Shown here one piece after another: positions 1 through 12,995 of a stretch of DNA of 64,000 nucleotides; positions within the stretch are counted from its first letter, which is position 1; the number at the start of each line of letters is the position of its first letter. This DNA is from Macrostomum hystrix. Its lineage: Eukaryota; Animalia; Platyhelminthes. The stretch lies in the NCBI GenBank assembly GCA_950097015.1, contig CATNEN010000038.1:34038001-34102000 (forward strand), in the 5' to 3' direction. The notes under the pieces are model-generated. The model made no database searches. It was not told where the DNA came from and saw only the letters and a program-made list of their open reading frames with translations. A program made the position numbers and the translations under genes.

Positions 1-775
1 ATCCCACTGTCAGCACTTCTGTTCTGATCCCACTGTCAGCACTTCTGTTCTGATCCCACTGTCAACACTTCTGTTCTGATCCCACTGTCAACACTTCTGT
101 TCTGATCCCACTGTCAACACTTCTGTTCTGATCCCACTGTCAGCACTTCTGTTCTGATCCCACTGTCAGCACTTCTGTTCTGATCCCACTGTCAACACTT
201 CTGTTCTGATCCCACTGTCAGCACTTCTGTTCTGATCCCACTGTCAGCACTTCTGTTCTGATCCCACTGTCAACACTTCTGTTCTGATCCCACTCTCTAT
301 AGTTCTGATCCTACTGTCAGCACTTCTGTTCTGATCCCACTGTCAGCACTTCTGTTCTGATCCCACTGTCAGCACTTCTGTTCTGATCCCACTGTCAGCA
401 CTTCTGTTCTGATCCCACTGTCAGCACTTCTGTTCTGATCCCACTGTCAACACTTCTGTTCTGATCCCACTGTCAACACTTCTGTTCTGATCCCACTGTC
501 AACACTTCTGTTCTTATCCCACTGTCAGCACTTCTGTTCTGATCCCACTGTCAGCACTTCTGTTCTTATCCCACTGTCAACACTTCTGTTCTGATCCCAC
601 TGTCAACACTTCTGTTCTGATCCCACTCTCTATAGTTCTGATCCTACTCTCTATAGTTCTGATCCCACTCTCTATAGTTCTGATCCTACTCTCTATAGTT
701 CTGATCCCACTCTCTATAGTTCTGATCCTACTCTCTATAGTTCTGATCCCACTCTCTACACGCCTGATCCCAGTC
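1..775. repeat. Minisatellite, 26-bp unit switching to a related 21-bp unit
   Basis: Tandem ATCCCACTGTCA(G/A)CACTTCTGTTCTG to ~625, then ATCC(C/T)ACTCTCTATAGTTCTG; runs off the window start. Confidence 0.97.
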
Positions 776-1427
776 TCAACACTACTGATCCCTGTCTCTA
801 AAGTTCTGATCCCACTCTACACTTTGAGCCCTACAGTTAACCTTGTAGACCTAGCATCTGATCTCTTAATTAATCTAAAAAAAATTATGAATTCTATACT
901 TTCAAGTTTAAATCGATTCACCAAATATTTTTAGCCAAATTTGAGAAAAAATGATCAGGATTTTAAATGCTCTGATTAACGCGGACCCATTCTCTAATCT
1001 TTTGGTTCCACTCTACACTCATTTGCGCCAATTTATATATATATATATAAATATATATAGCGGTTTACAATCAAGACCAATCTGTATTATACTTTTATAA
1101 CTTATTTTGATTCTTTGGTGCTTTACCTGTCACGATGAGTTTCCTGCTATAAAAATCGGCTTAAAATGGTAAACAATCATTTTTTTGTACTAATTTTCCA
1201 CTTCTTGACTTGACTTATGAACTTATTTTTTTATCATAGCCCGTTTTCAGGCTTTATTTATTACGAATTATGAAAGCGTTGATAAAAATCTAATGCCGCT
1301 TCAATTTGATATTCATCGCTTTATTATAAAAGTTCATCTCTATTGATTTTTTAAAAAAGCTTGAGTTACCTTCTGCTTTTTCATTTGTATATATAAATCC
1401 TACGTACAAACGCCCTAAGAAATACAA

Positions 1428-1752
1428 CACCTCACCCACTCACTTCGCCCCCTCACCCCAACCAATTTACAGTCGCTTAAACCCGATCCTCACCCCCTCA
1501 CCCCAACCAATGTACAGACGCTTAGACCCCACCCTCACCCTCTCACTCCAACCAATGTACAGACGCTTAGACCCCACTCTCACCCCAACCAATGTACAGA
1601 CGCTTAGACCCCTCCCTCACCCCCTCACCCCAACCAATGTACAGACGCTTAGACCCCACCCTCACCCTCTCACTCCAACCAATGTACGGACGCTAAGACC
1701 CCACTCTCACCCTCTCACTCCAACCAATGTGTAGTCGCTTAGACAGACCCCA
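1428..1752. repeat. Minisatellite, ~42-bp C-rich unit
   Basis: About 7 copies of CCCCTCACCCCAACCAATGTACAGACGCTTAGACCCCACCCTCA variants. Confidence 0.92.
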
Positions 1753-1958
1753 CCATTACCCGCTCCCTTTATTTAATGTACTTTTGTTCCTCCTTAATTC
1801 TGTTCGATGGTAATTCATTAGTCGCTTTTGTTTTGCAGATCTTCACTTCAACTTCGAATATATTCTAAAATAATATATTTTCGTGGAGATTTCAAGCTCA
1901 GTTATATGCGTTCGTAATTCGTTTGGTTATTATTTCCTGGAAATACAAAAGCGAAAAA

Positions 1959-3083
1959 ATGCCGCTCAAACTAGCAATCCTGGGAGCCACGGGACCCACC
2001 GGGCTGCTGCTGGTTGACCAAGCTCTCGCCCGAGGTCACCAAGTTGTCGCCGTGGTTCGCAGTCCGGACAAGCTGGGCTCCGAGCGGCTGGCGCAGTCCG
2101 GCCTGACTGTGAAACAGGTGGCCGACATGGGCGCCGCTGCGGGCACCGAGGACCAGAAGCTGCTGGTTGAGGCTTTTACAGGTTTGCATGTGTACAGTCA
2201 CTTGTCAAACTATCCCTCAGGTTGCAAAATCCCTAATTGCATGATCGATCGCTGGCTTGACGTCACTGACAAGAAGCGAAAATTTCTCTTTTACTTCAGT
2301 CGCTAAGTCACCATGCATCAGAAAGAGAAAAAACTGTTTTAGGGGTGTTTTAAGTGTCATTCTCGACTCAGCTAAGAGACGAATATTTTCGTCTCTAGCC
2401 AGGTCATTCGGTTCGTTCGGCCTAACGGTTCGTTCATGCTGCTATCAAGAGGCTAAAACGTACGATTTTACATCGATTTTTATTATCATTACTCCGTGAG
2501 ATCGTATCCCACCGCTGACACCAAAGAAAATTAGTGCTAGAAGCTACAAAAAGAGCAAGCTAAATGAATTTATTTTTACAAAGCATGCTACATGCGCTGA
2601 CTCTCCAACCGCCCTAACTCAGGCTGCGATGTGATCATGTCTGCGCTTGGTGCCACTGTCAGCATGTTTCGCATCGACCTCATGACCAACGCTGTTCCGG
2701 CCATTGTTGCTGCGATGCGTTCAGCCAAGGTGTCTCGCCTAGTCCTGCTGACCGCCCAGTGCACCGTCTATCACCCGGATCATCCGAAGTTTGTTGAAAT
2801 GCTAATTAAACCATTACTAATCGGACGCAATATGGACGACTTCTGGCGAGCCGAGTGTTACCTCACTGAGAACTGCGGCGATCTAAATTACACTGTTGTG
2901 AAACCGCCCGGCCTTACTAATAAGCCGATGGACGAGCAGAGGGAGCTGAAAGCAGCCGAAGGGCAATACGTTCCCGAGGCTCAAGATCGCTCAATGCCCA
3001 GAGCCAACGTGGCCAAGTTCATGCTGGACTGCGCCGAGTCTGCCGACGCCTGGTCCAAGAAGCTGGTTGCCATCCAGTTCTGA
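1959..3083 (+). CDS. BLVRB: Flavin reductase/biliverdin reductase B-like NAD(P)H-binding protein (~227 aa)
   Basis: Exons 1959-2181 and 2623-3083 (phase-1 GT-AG). Rossmann motif KLAILGATGPTG, VVAVVRSPDKL, GCDVIMSALG, YTVVKPPGL and RANVAKFML are typical of the BLVRB/NAD_binding_10 family. Confidence 0.88.
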
Positions 3084-4639
3084 GATTTCATCATATTCCA
3101 GTTGGATAAAACAAAACTAACACCGTTATGCCAGCTTTGACGCACGACATAATATCCCTTATTCACTACTCATACTCATTAAGTATATATTTTATAGCAG
3201 AGAAGCTGCATAAATTGAATCTCGGTTCCTTTTTTTACAAAATAGTACTTCCACAGCTTACTGCGAGTTTTTTGTTTTCACTATTTTATACTTTATTGCA
3301 TTATTTTTATCTGGATTGACAGCTTAGTCCGGGACTAGCTTTTTTATTTTGACCATTATTCTTGCTCTGCGTCCAAACTTTTATAAATCGTCAACAAAAT
3401 ATTTTTATTCGCTGTCGTGTCTTTTTTGTTTAACACAAAAACCGATGTTGTAGTTTTTTAGTAGCGATCGTTAGTCTAACGATTGTGTAGCTTTTGCGCT
3501 GTTTTTTAGTTGTATGTTTTATTTTTTTATTGCCTTGTACATTTCTTACCTCTTTTTGGTCCAAATCCTGCCAATATTAGTTTTAACTCATTAATTCATA
3601 TCGATAACAGTTTGGAATGTAAATGTGACGAAATAACTGGCAACAGAGTCAGGCGAAACTCAATCCCAATTGTAGTTAGAATCCTCGTAAGTCAATGTAG
3701 CGGTAGCACTTTTATATTGATCTCGTTTATTCGCACTGGGACATACGACAAGCAGGATGATTTGGTCAGGCGCAGGAGCTCAATGGTAACAATGCGACAA
3801 GTGCAATAACTGTTAGTAGAGAAGTAATTGACAGGACGAATAACAGTGGCCGGGACGAGAGGTTCCAGAGGAGTGAGGGGTAACGAGCGAGCGCGAGCGG
3901 GCTCGGGGGCCCTAGTTAAAAAACCTAGCCCGCAGAATAAACAGAGCGATCGATAAATCTAGTCAGAAAAAGCTCGCACGCTCATTGGCCGGGGTAGTTA
4001 ACATTGAAACACGCGTAGAAAACAAGCTAGGGTGGCGTGATGTGCATTGGCGTCTACTTACAGTAGTACTCTAACAATTATAAATAATTATACGAAACCG
4101 CAAAAGTTGTTGATAGTTAAATGACATAAGTTAAACGGCCCAAATAAGTACGCAGGTTGGGAATTAATATTAGCTTCAGCAAGTGACAACGTCACATAAA
4201 AATGATTTATGATTTTATTTACATATTCCAAATTGAAGTCTTGTTTGTTTTTTCAGTATTTTCATACAGAAATAAACAGGAAATTATTGAATATGAGCTA
4301 TATTCCGCTGCTAAAACATTAAATATAAAATGAATTGAAACTAAAAAATTAACTTCTTTCTAATATCGTTATGTACTGCAAAGTCTAACGTGTATACTAT
4401 TAAAAATAGCTATTAGGCTTATCATATTCCCGATTCCGTTTTCAGATTCGGTTCGGTACTTTCCATTTTGTCGATTCTGTTTTTAGAATCGGTTTTAAAA
4501 TCTTGTTTTTCCGATTCTGGAATTCGATTCGAGAAATTTTGTCTGTAGCACAGACTCTAGAATTCGAATGTAATGCACATGTAGCTAATCATCGTGGCGA
4601 TTTTATACTATGTTAGCAAAGCAAATGTCGGCTCGCAAA

Positions 4640-4890
4640 TTTCCGGCTAGAAAACGTCATAGACCCGCGGGGCGCTCCCCCACATTGTCCGGCTTCCTCT
4701 TCATTCAGGCGCTCGGTGCTGCTACTCACCTGGCGACGTCACGTACGTCAGCCGAAACGGTGCATTAGCGTCATTGGCTGTGCTACTCGCAGCCGGTGCA
4801 TAGATTCTGCAAGGAAACTAGACAATACTACTAGTCTATAAAATTAAGTTTTCCTAGTGGTCCTGAGATTCTGCTGCTCATCCTGTAAGA
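4640..4890 (+). promoter_or_regulatory. CpG-rich promoter-like patch with a possible non-coding first exon
   Basis: Local CpG enrichment, GACGTCACGT CRE-like site, ATTGG (CCAAT box) and a CCT|GTAAGA donor-like site at ~4884. Confidence 0.35.
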
Positions 4891-7800
4891 TCGGGTGTCC
4901 CCGTCCACGCATTGCCGAAGCTGCTATTTGAGCTGCAATAGGAAAAATTAGCAGATCGACAAATAAGCTACAAAGGGGGTAAAGACTGCCAATTGTGTTT
5001 TTTCCTTAACCTTAAAAGTGCAGATTTCGCAATAAAATGCTACCGTTTAATCTTGTTCAATTCAAAAACCTTGAGAGCGATTTTAACGGAGCTACACAAC
5101 TTCCAGCTTAAGTCGTGTAAAGGCATGACCTGAATGAAAGACATGAACATCAAATTTATTGTGCTTCCTGGCTGGATAAATTTAAATATGCTTATTACGC
5201 AAAGGATAAACGCAGTTTTTGTTTATTTATTCAAGCATAGTGTATAAAATATGTTTATCTAAGCTCAATTTTCTGCGAAGAAAACTTGTTTAAATTTATC
5301 GATCTAATCGTTTGTTAAAACAGGTCTGTCATCGCTGTGCTTAAGCCAGCCAGGGCTGGACGTCTACTAGAGGTTGACGGCTCGAAAAATTTCAAAAATT
5401 GCTTTCTATGTAAATTACTTTAATGGTTTTTTAGTTAAAGTGAAGGTTAAAGTTAGTTAAATTTTAGCTCAGCTTTAGCAAAAAGCTGCAAGCCTATTAA
5501 TAATACACAGGCATTTTTGTTTTTTTTTGTGCTTCTAACTAATGTTTGATGGACAATGGTATGGCACAAGTTTCGTTCGACATGTTTTGGACTGATCCCA
5601 TTGAAATGATGAAATAAAGCTTTGAGTTACTCATTCATAATGCTTAGTCTCTCCAAAATTTGAAGAACTAGGCCTATCTTACGAGCCTCGTACTATCTAG
5701 GCAAATTTGTTGTCATATATGCCGAATTGTAACGTTTAGGAGAATATGAATTTAAAGCATTTTTAAGTGGCTTGAATAGCTATTATAACAACCACCTGTA
5801 TGTCTTTGTTTGTGCTTTGATTTCTAAAATAGTACAAGTGCACTATTTGTATTTCATATCAAGTATTATTAGGGTCTAGCTAAGTCAAAAACTAGTCATG
5901 GCCATGGCAAGGCTACATTTAGGTCTAGGCCTAGCCAAGGCTTTGAGGCCTAGCTTTTATAATGTTGTATGGTAGGGCTCTTTTTTATTTATTTTTGCCC
6001 TACAAAAAGGGTTGCCTAGTTGAATCTGTCCCGAGGAATGGAAATACCTAGGCGTCCACATGAACACAAAGGGAACAGTGTACTATCATGCTAAAAAACT
6101 TAATAGCAGGTGTAGTGTACAAGAATGCTTCTTAAAAATTATCTGGGCTTTGAGCAGTTTACCTCAAACAACTTATACACTTTTGCAGAGCCATGATAGA
6201 AAGCATTGTGCTATATGCTCCAGAGTCCTGGGGAGCCTTTATGTCATGGAACTATGGACAATGGGACAGAAGCCTAATTGAAAGAATAGGCCTAAATTTT
6301 AGGAATTGTAAAGCCATTCTTCAACTTACTTCAAGTAAACCAAAACACTGACAGTACCAGCATTCACTCAATGCTGTGTTAAGCTCTTTTTTCTTTACAA
6401 CATACAGAAAAGAAATATTCAGTAGGCCTACTCTTCACTCTCTTCACTCTCTTCACTCACTCTTCACAATCTAAATCTCTAATTGAAATCTCTAAGTGAG
6501 ATAATTAATTAGTAATAAATTTGACAAATAATTTTGAATTTGTTATTAATGGCTACTATATTAAGGCAAAAATGAACAGCAATGTAATGTAAAACTGTCT
6601 CTAGACCACAACAACAAAATCTATAAACCAACACAAATCAATACAACTTTGAAGCTGAATTTATGAGATTTATTAATAATATTGTATAGTATTTATATTT
6701 ATAATATTAATAATCCCTACAACACTTGTTACATTGTTATTTTTTATTAAAAATGTGCCTGGCCTTACAAGTTTTAGAATTTCAAGAAGTTTCTTTTTTA
6801 ATCAGAAATGGGCAAGTAAATGTAAAAATTAAATTGAGTTTCTAAAATTACTAAATTGTAGACTGACTTGTAGTATTTTTCCTCCTTGTTTAATTTTCAT
6901 AGGATTTTCACAGATAATTTTCAAAGAATGGGATAATTATCTTTCTCAGGGTAGCTCCAGGCCTGGAAATCCCCAGGAATTTTGACCCCTACCCGGGAGA
7001 TCTGGGAAAACCGGGAAATCCCCAGGAATTTTTCTAGAATGAAATATCGCTGAGTGCATAAAATATTATATGGCATGTTCAATGACAATATATTTGTTTT
7101 CTCATCATCTTAGACTTGAACAAAAATATAAAGTGGGTCCAAACAGACTTCACAATTGTTTTTCTGTTCTGATTTAACATGTCTTATATTTTGCTTTTTT
7201 ATTTTATGTTGTGTCACTACCTAGTAACTTAGCAGTTTGGCTTAGAAGCTCCCTACCGTGTGTGTGGGTCACATGGAACACAAAGTGTTCTTGGGCCAGC
7301 AATCTGTAAGGTTGGAACTTCTCTTCTGCTGATTTCTCTTTCTTACTTCTGCCTACCTGCCCAATAAGCATTATTTATCCCCCATATTGTGTGAATCTAT
7401 ATCTTAATGCTACATTTTTTCTTAATGCTTCATGCCAATTTGCGTTGCTGTCTGATTGTTCTGCTCATTCTCAATGTTCCCATTGGCCAGACACCATTAT
7501 GTTATGTATTGTAGTAAATTTGACTTATTTTCTTTATTCACAAGGATTGAATGCCTACGTAAGCATTGCCATCAGTGCTGTTCAGTTATTATAATTATTG
7601 GTGAGGAACTGACTGAGAAATTTACTGACAAGACAAGCCCTGCTGTAACCAAGAAGCCACACAAGATCACAAAATCGAATTTTGCTAAGGCAGCTTCATG
7701 TAATCTACTTTAATAGAGAGCAATAATGCACAAGTCAAGTCATAATTTTGATTAAGATTAAAGTAATGTGCACAAGAGTTAGCAGTTGCTAAAAATTTGC

Positions 7801-8089
7801 ATTTTAATCATAGATGACCATTATTTGGTTCCCAGCCATGTTTTTATGTTTTCATTTTATAAAGTCAAGTATTGTAAATTTGGTATTAATAACAATAACT
7901 ATTAATATTTTAAGTAAAATGTCTATGAAAGCATAGCTCAAAACACAATTGGCTCGCTATGTGTAGCATGCAGCAGTTAACACTAGGCAATTTTATTTTT
8001 ATATTATTTTAGTTAGTTTTTTTGTCCCACAGCATTAAACCAAACGCTGACTCAACTGAGATAAAACCATTGTCCCTGACAATAAGATT

Positions 8090-9580
8090 ATGAGTGACAA
8101 AGGTGACATTGGTAAAAAGGATGAAGGCCAGTCAGCTGGCGGTTCTGGCAGCCTGGTCATCTCAATCGTGTTCATCATCATCAGTTTTGTCATCATTGTG
8201 CTAGTGTTTGTCATTCTGACTGTGAAGCGTCAGATTACTCGCGCTCGTTCTCGTCAGATCATGTTTGCTTCTGCTCCGTTGCCAATAGCAACCGGGGCGA
8301 CGCCAACTGTGCGTCAGCGAGTTGGCGAACTAGTGAATCGCAATCGGGATATTCAGCGTGTGCCGACTGTATTTAACGACTGCTTCAAGGATCTGTTCAG
8401 CGAAAAAGTGGCGGAGAAGGCTGCGTCGCATTATGTGTTCAGGTTGAAAGCTGCGGATGAGTTCCAGGAAACGGTGCGTTTAATGCTGCTTTTTGTTCTT
8501 TCTGTATTTTATCGTAGTTTTTTGTTCTCCCATGGTTTGTCTTCAATGAGACCAAGAGCTTAATTCCATAAATTTTCATTTACCTATTTTCTAATTCTGG
8601 TTGTTGTCCTTCTCGAAAAAAATATTTTTTTTGCCACTCTTCATCCTTCAGGTCTTTGTCCTAATGCCACAGGCCTTGCTTCCAGTGTTCTTTGTTATAA
8701 GACATTAGTTATTTTCAGTTTTTTACTAAGAGTGGATCCCGATGTTTAAAAGCTTTCGGATTTTTACAAAAAGGTCGGGAGTTCGAACTCAGTCCATCGA
8801 CTTCATACGCATTCAGATAAGTATTAAAAAGAATACGGAAAATTTATAATTAACTATAACAATGATTGATTTCACCTGATGTGCAGCCGACAGCACAGCC
8901 GCAGCTATTGCGCTGCGCTGCTTACGGCTGTTCAGTCCATGGACTGTGGGACGCCACATCCAGCCTCAATTACCCCAGCTAATCCTAACGGCAGAGTAAA
9001 ATTAAGCTGTGCAGATTTTAAACGTCTGCTTGAAGGGCAAAAATGGTTCTAGTGGGGTCAAGATACGAACCCCCGACCTTCAAGTCATGAGTCCGACGCT
9101 CTAACCAAAGAACCTGAAAATGCTTTCCAGGTAGAGCACCTGGCCCAGCTGGGCTTCCGTCGCAGTGTTCACCAGTCCGTGGACTCGTATTTGGCCAATC
9201 TGAAAAAAACCGCGCTAGCCGAGGTAAACATTGACGAATCTTTGCGCAGCCTCTGCGCCCTGTACGAGCACTGCGTGAGCAATCCGCTGCCATTCGGCCA
9301 CCGCGAGTACGAGCAGTTTCGCGATCTACTGACCTCCCTGCGGTCTCTGGTTGACGAAAGAGTGCGAGAGCAACAGCAGAGGTCTAGAGCTGCGGCGGCT
9401 GTGAACAGACAGTCGGACAGTCGACTATCTAGAAGATTGAGCACGGCTAGCAGTGATAATAGCGAAACTAATCCATTGATTGACATGGGATTTACTAATG
9501 TGGGATTTAGCGGCGGCGCCGCTGCCGGAACCAGTTCGGGCACTGCTCAGGCAGGATTGGAGTCCACTAGTTTGCTTTGA
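8090..9580 (+). CDS. C1orf43: C1orf43/NICE-3 family single-pass membrane protein (~277 aa)
   Basis: Exons 8090-8473 and 9131-9580 (phase 0). N-terminal TM segment followed by KRQITR; YVFRLKAAD, SYLANLK, LYE..PFGHREY and C-terminal LESTSLL match NICE-3 motifs from memory. Confidence 0.85.
8878..9110 (-). mobile_element. tRNA-derived SINE family A (in C1orf43 intron)
   Basis: Shares GTGCAGCCGACAGCACAGCCGCAGCTATTGCG and a tRNA-like head (B-box GGTTCG on the minus strand) with the copies at 22.8 and 31.5 kb. Confidence 0.85.
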
Positions 9581-10106
9581 GCACTGCTTCCTAGAATCCT
9601 TAGTTATAGCTCCTACTGTTTTATCGTAAAAATATGCTTCCCTATTACCGAAGATAAGTTGCTGTTTATATTTTATCGCTAATTCTAGTGCATTAACGGA
9701 ATAACGACATAACGATAGTCGTTACTTTGATTCCCATTTTTGTGTTTCTTAACTCTTTTTTCAGCTGTATTTGTTGCCTATTGCTTATTTGTATCCTGCT
9801 TGTTTTTTAGCGTCTGTCATTCTCTTTAATCAATTTTCCTACTTTGCTTAGTACCTTTGAGTCAGGTGCTATTGTATCTCATCATTGCTATGCAAAGATA
9901 GTTTGTGTTGCGCTTATACTAAATTCGCTGCATAATACTAGTGTTTTCGGCATGTTTATGTTGTTAATAGAATTGTTATGCAGAGCTCAGTATAAATGAT
10001 TGTGCCCTATCCTACTTCTAATTACCAAAGCTTTTCAACTTGACTTTAAAATTTTTAAGACCTATTTTATTGCCGATTCGCTAAAACTTTGCTACCTCGC
10101 TACAAG

Positions 10107-11160
10107 CCATAGCTACTCCACTTTATCCCACCCAAATCTACCTCCTTTATCCCACCCATAGCTACCCCGTTATCCCACCCATAGCTACTCCACTTTATCC
10201 CACCCATAGCTACCCCTTTATCCTGCCCATAGCTACCCCTTTATCCCACCCATAGCTACTCCACTTTATCCCACCCATAGCTACCCCTTTATCCTGCCCA
10301 TAGCTACCCCTTTATCCCACCCATAGCTACCCCTTTATCCCACCCAAATCTACCTCCTTTATCCCACCCATAGCTACCCCGTTATCCCACCCATAGCTAC
10401 TCCACTTTATCCCACCCAAATCTACCTCCTTTATCCCACCCATAGCTACCCCGTTATCCCACCCATAGCTACTCCACTTTATCCCACCCATAGCTACCCC
10501 TTTATCCCGCCCATAGCTACTCCACTTTATTCCACCCATAGCTACCCCTTTATCCCGCCCATAGCTACTCCACTTTATCCCACCCTTAGCTACCCCTTTA
10601 TCCCGCCCATAGCTACCCCTTTATCCCGCCCATAGCTACCCCTTTATCCCGCCCATAGCTACCCCTTTATCCCGCCCATAGCTACTCCACTTTATCCCAC
10701 CCATAGCTACCCCTTTATCCCGCCCATAGCTACTCCACTTTATCCCACCCATAGCTACCCCTTTATCCCGCCCATAGCTACTCCACTTTATCCCGCCCAT
10801 AGCTACTCCACTTTATCCCACCCATAGCTACCCCTTTATCCCGCCCATAGCTACCCCTTTATCCCGCCCATAGCTACCCCTTTATCCCGCCCATAGCTAC
10901 CCCTTTATCCCGCCCATAGCTACCCCTTTATCCCGCCCATAGCTACCCCTTTATCCCGCCCATAGCTACCCCTTTATCCCGCCCATAACTACCCCTTTAT
11001 CCCACCCATAGCTACCCCCTTTAGCCCAACCATAGCTACCCCTTTATCCCACCCATAGCTACCCCCTTTAGCCCAACCATAGCTACCCCTTTATCCCACC
11101 CATAGCTACCCCCTTTAGCCCATCCATAGCTACCCCAATTTATCCCATCCATAGCTTCCG
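10107..11160. repeat. Minisatellite, 23/25-bp unit
   Basis: Tandem CCCATAGCTACCCCTTTATCCC(G/A) and CCCATAGCTACTCCACTTTATCCCA. Confidence 0.97.
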
Positions 11161-11300
11161 TAGTTTATCCTATCAATGGCTACCCTACTTTATTTCATGC
11201 CTTAGCTACTAAACCAACAAAGCTACTTCAATAAAAAAATGGTTTTGTTTCACAATAGTAATATAGCTGCCCATGATGATTTGCAGGTGCGGCCTCCGAC

Positions 11301-12995
11301 ATGCCGCCCCTCAGTCGGCACTGGAAATTCCGTCTGTATCCAACCCACTCCGACAAGCGCTTTCCTCGCCTATGGAAGGCCGGGTCCTCATTTGTGATCC
11401 TGTGCGTTGGCGGTATATTTCGTTGGCTTCTCCAGCGTCACAAGGTGACGACGTTGAATTTGGCTGAGTCGCAGTCGTTGCGTCAGAGGCTCTACGACAA
11501 GCGTGATCGATCTTTGATATCGGTGATGAATCACAGCGGCACCTGGGACGATCTGTGCGTCACCTGTCTGATGCCAGCTAATCGACAACAGAAATCAGAT
11601 CCCGACTATTTGAGATTAACTCCGGTAGCTGCTGATATCTGCTTCACTGGCTGGTTCGACTGCTTCTTCTCCCTTGGCAACTGCGTGCCAACTCATCGCA
11701 CCATTCGGTTTGTCCTTCCTTCCCCTCTGACAGTCATTCCTCCGCCTGACACCATCCTTCCTTTCCCTCTGACAGTCATTCCTCCGCCTGACACCATCCT
11801 TCCTTTCCCTCTGACAGTCATTCCTCCGCCTGACACCATCCTTCCTTTCCCTCTGACAGTCATTCCTCCGCCTGACACCATCCTTCCTTTCCCTCTGACA
11901 GTCATTCCTCCGCCTGACACCATCCTTCCTTTCCCTCTGACAGTCATTCCTCCGCCTGACACCATCCTTCCTTTCCCTCTGACAGTCATTCCTCCGCCTG
12001 ACACCATCCTTCCTTTCCCTCTGACAGTCATTCCTCTGCCTGACACCATCCTTCCTTTCCCTCTGACAGTCATTCCTTCGCCTGACACCATCCTTTCCCT
12101 CTGACACTATCTTTCCTTACCCAGTGACAATCATTCCTCATCTGACACTATCCTTTCTACCCCTCTGACAGTCCTTCCTCCACTGGCACCATTCTTCCTT
12201 ACCCTCTGACACCACCCTTCTTTTCCCTCTGACACTAACCTTCCTTCTCCTGACACTATCCGTCTTTCCCCCTGACGCTGTAATTCCCCCTAGCACTGTC
12301 CTTTTTAATGTAACGAACTTCTTTAAATAATAACTAAATGCATTCCGCACACCCTCTGCCTGCTGTTCAGAGACTCAAATACTGGCGCTATAAAAGTAGC
12401 CGGCCACGGTGTCTACCAGGAGAGCTTTAATTTTCTTGTCTCCGAATTAAATAGCGGCGGTCGTTGGGTCAACATTTTGCCACAGGGTCGCGTAATTTTG
12501 ACATCAGAGAAGAATCAAGAGCCGGAGGTCAGTTATTTCATATTTGGCAATGAAGTAATTAAAAAAAAACATTTTTTTGTTTTATTTAATTCTCATTTTC
12601 CTACTGAAAGTAGAAATTTGAACAAAATAATAGCCAACACCATTTTATTTTGCTAGGTTCGTTTCCGCTGGGGCGTTGGCCGCCTAATAGCGGACGCCGA
12701 GCCCACGCCCCTGCTGCTGCCCATCTGGCACGAAGGCCTAGAGGTAGTCAACCCTTCTGCTGATAGCACTTTGGGCTACCTGCGCTTAGGATTAAAAGCT
12801 TTGCTACAATCTCAACCGGTGACTATTAATTTTGGCGAACCGTTGGACTTTGCGCCGCTAGTGCGAAAATTGCGGCAAGAAGGCGCAAGCCCGGAGACAT
12901 TGCGAGCGGTTGTGACTGAAAAGATTCAGGCCAGCATGATGCGACTGCGAGCCCAGACACTTCAACTGCATAGACAGAGGCTCGCGCAGCAATGA
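11301..12995 (+). CDS. TAZ: Tafazzin (cardiolipin transacylase, ~300 aa)
   Basis: Exons 11301-11707, 12371-12527 and 12657-12995 are frame-consistent. Motifs NHSGTWDD (HxxxxD), TPVAADICFT, FFSLGNCVP, GVYQ, WVNILPQGRV, RFRWGVGRLI and LLPIWHEG. Confidence 0.93.
11712..12290. repeat. Minisatellite, 42-bp unit filling TAZ intron 1
   Basis: About 9.5 near-perfect copies of CTTTCCCTCTGACAGTCATTCCTCCGCCTGACACCATCCTTC to ~12105, then degenerate. Confidence 0.96.

Noticed and set aside
4900-7950. Short ORFs and TE-like remnants in the AT-rich spacer
   Set aside because: Too degenerate to assign boundaries or a family from the sequence alone
11301-12104. 267-aa ORF as a tafazzin with a Pro-rich repeat tail
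   Set aside because: The tail is intron read-through; the spliced model restores the remaining tafazzin motifs
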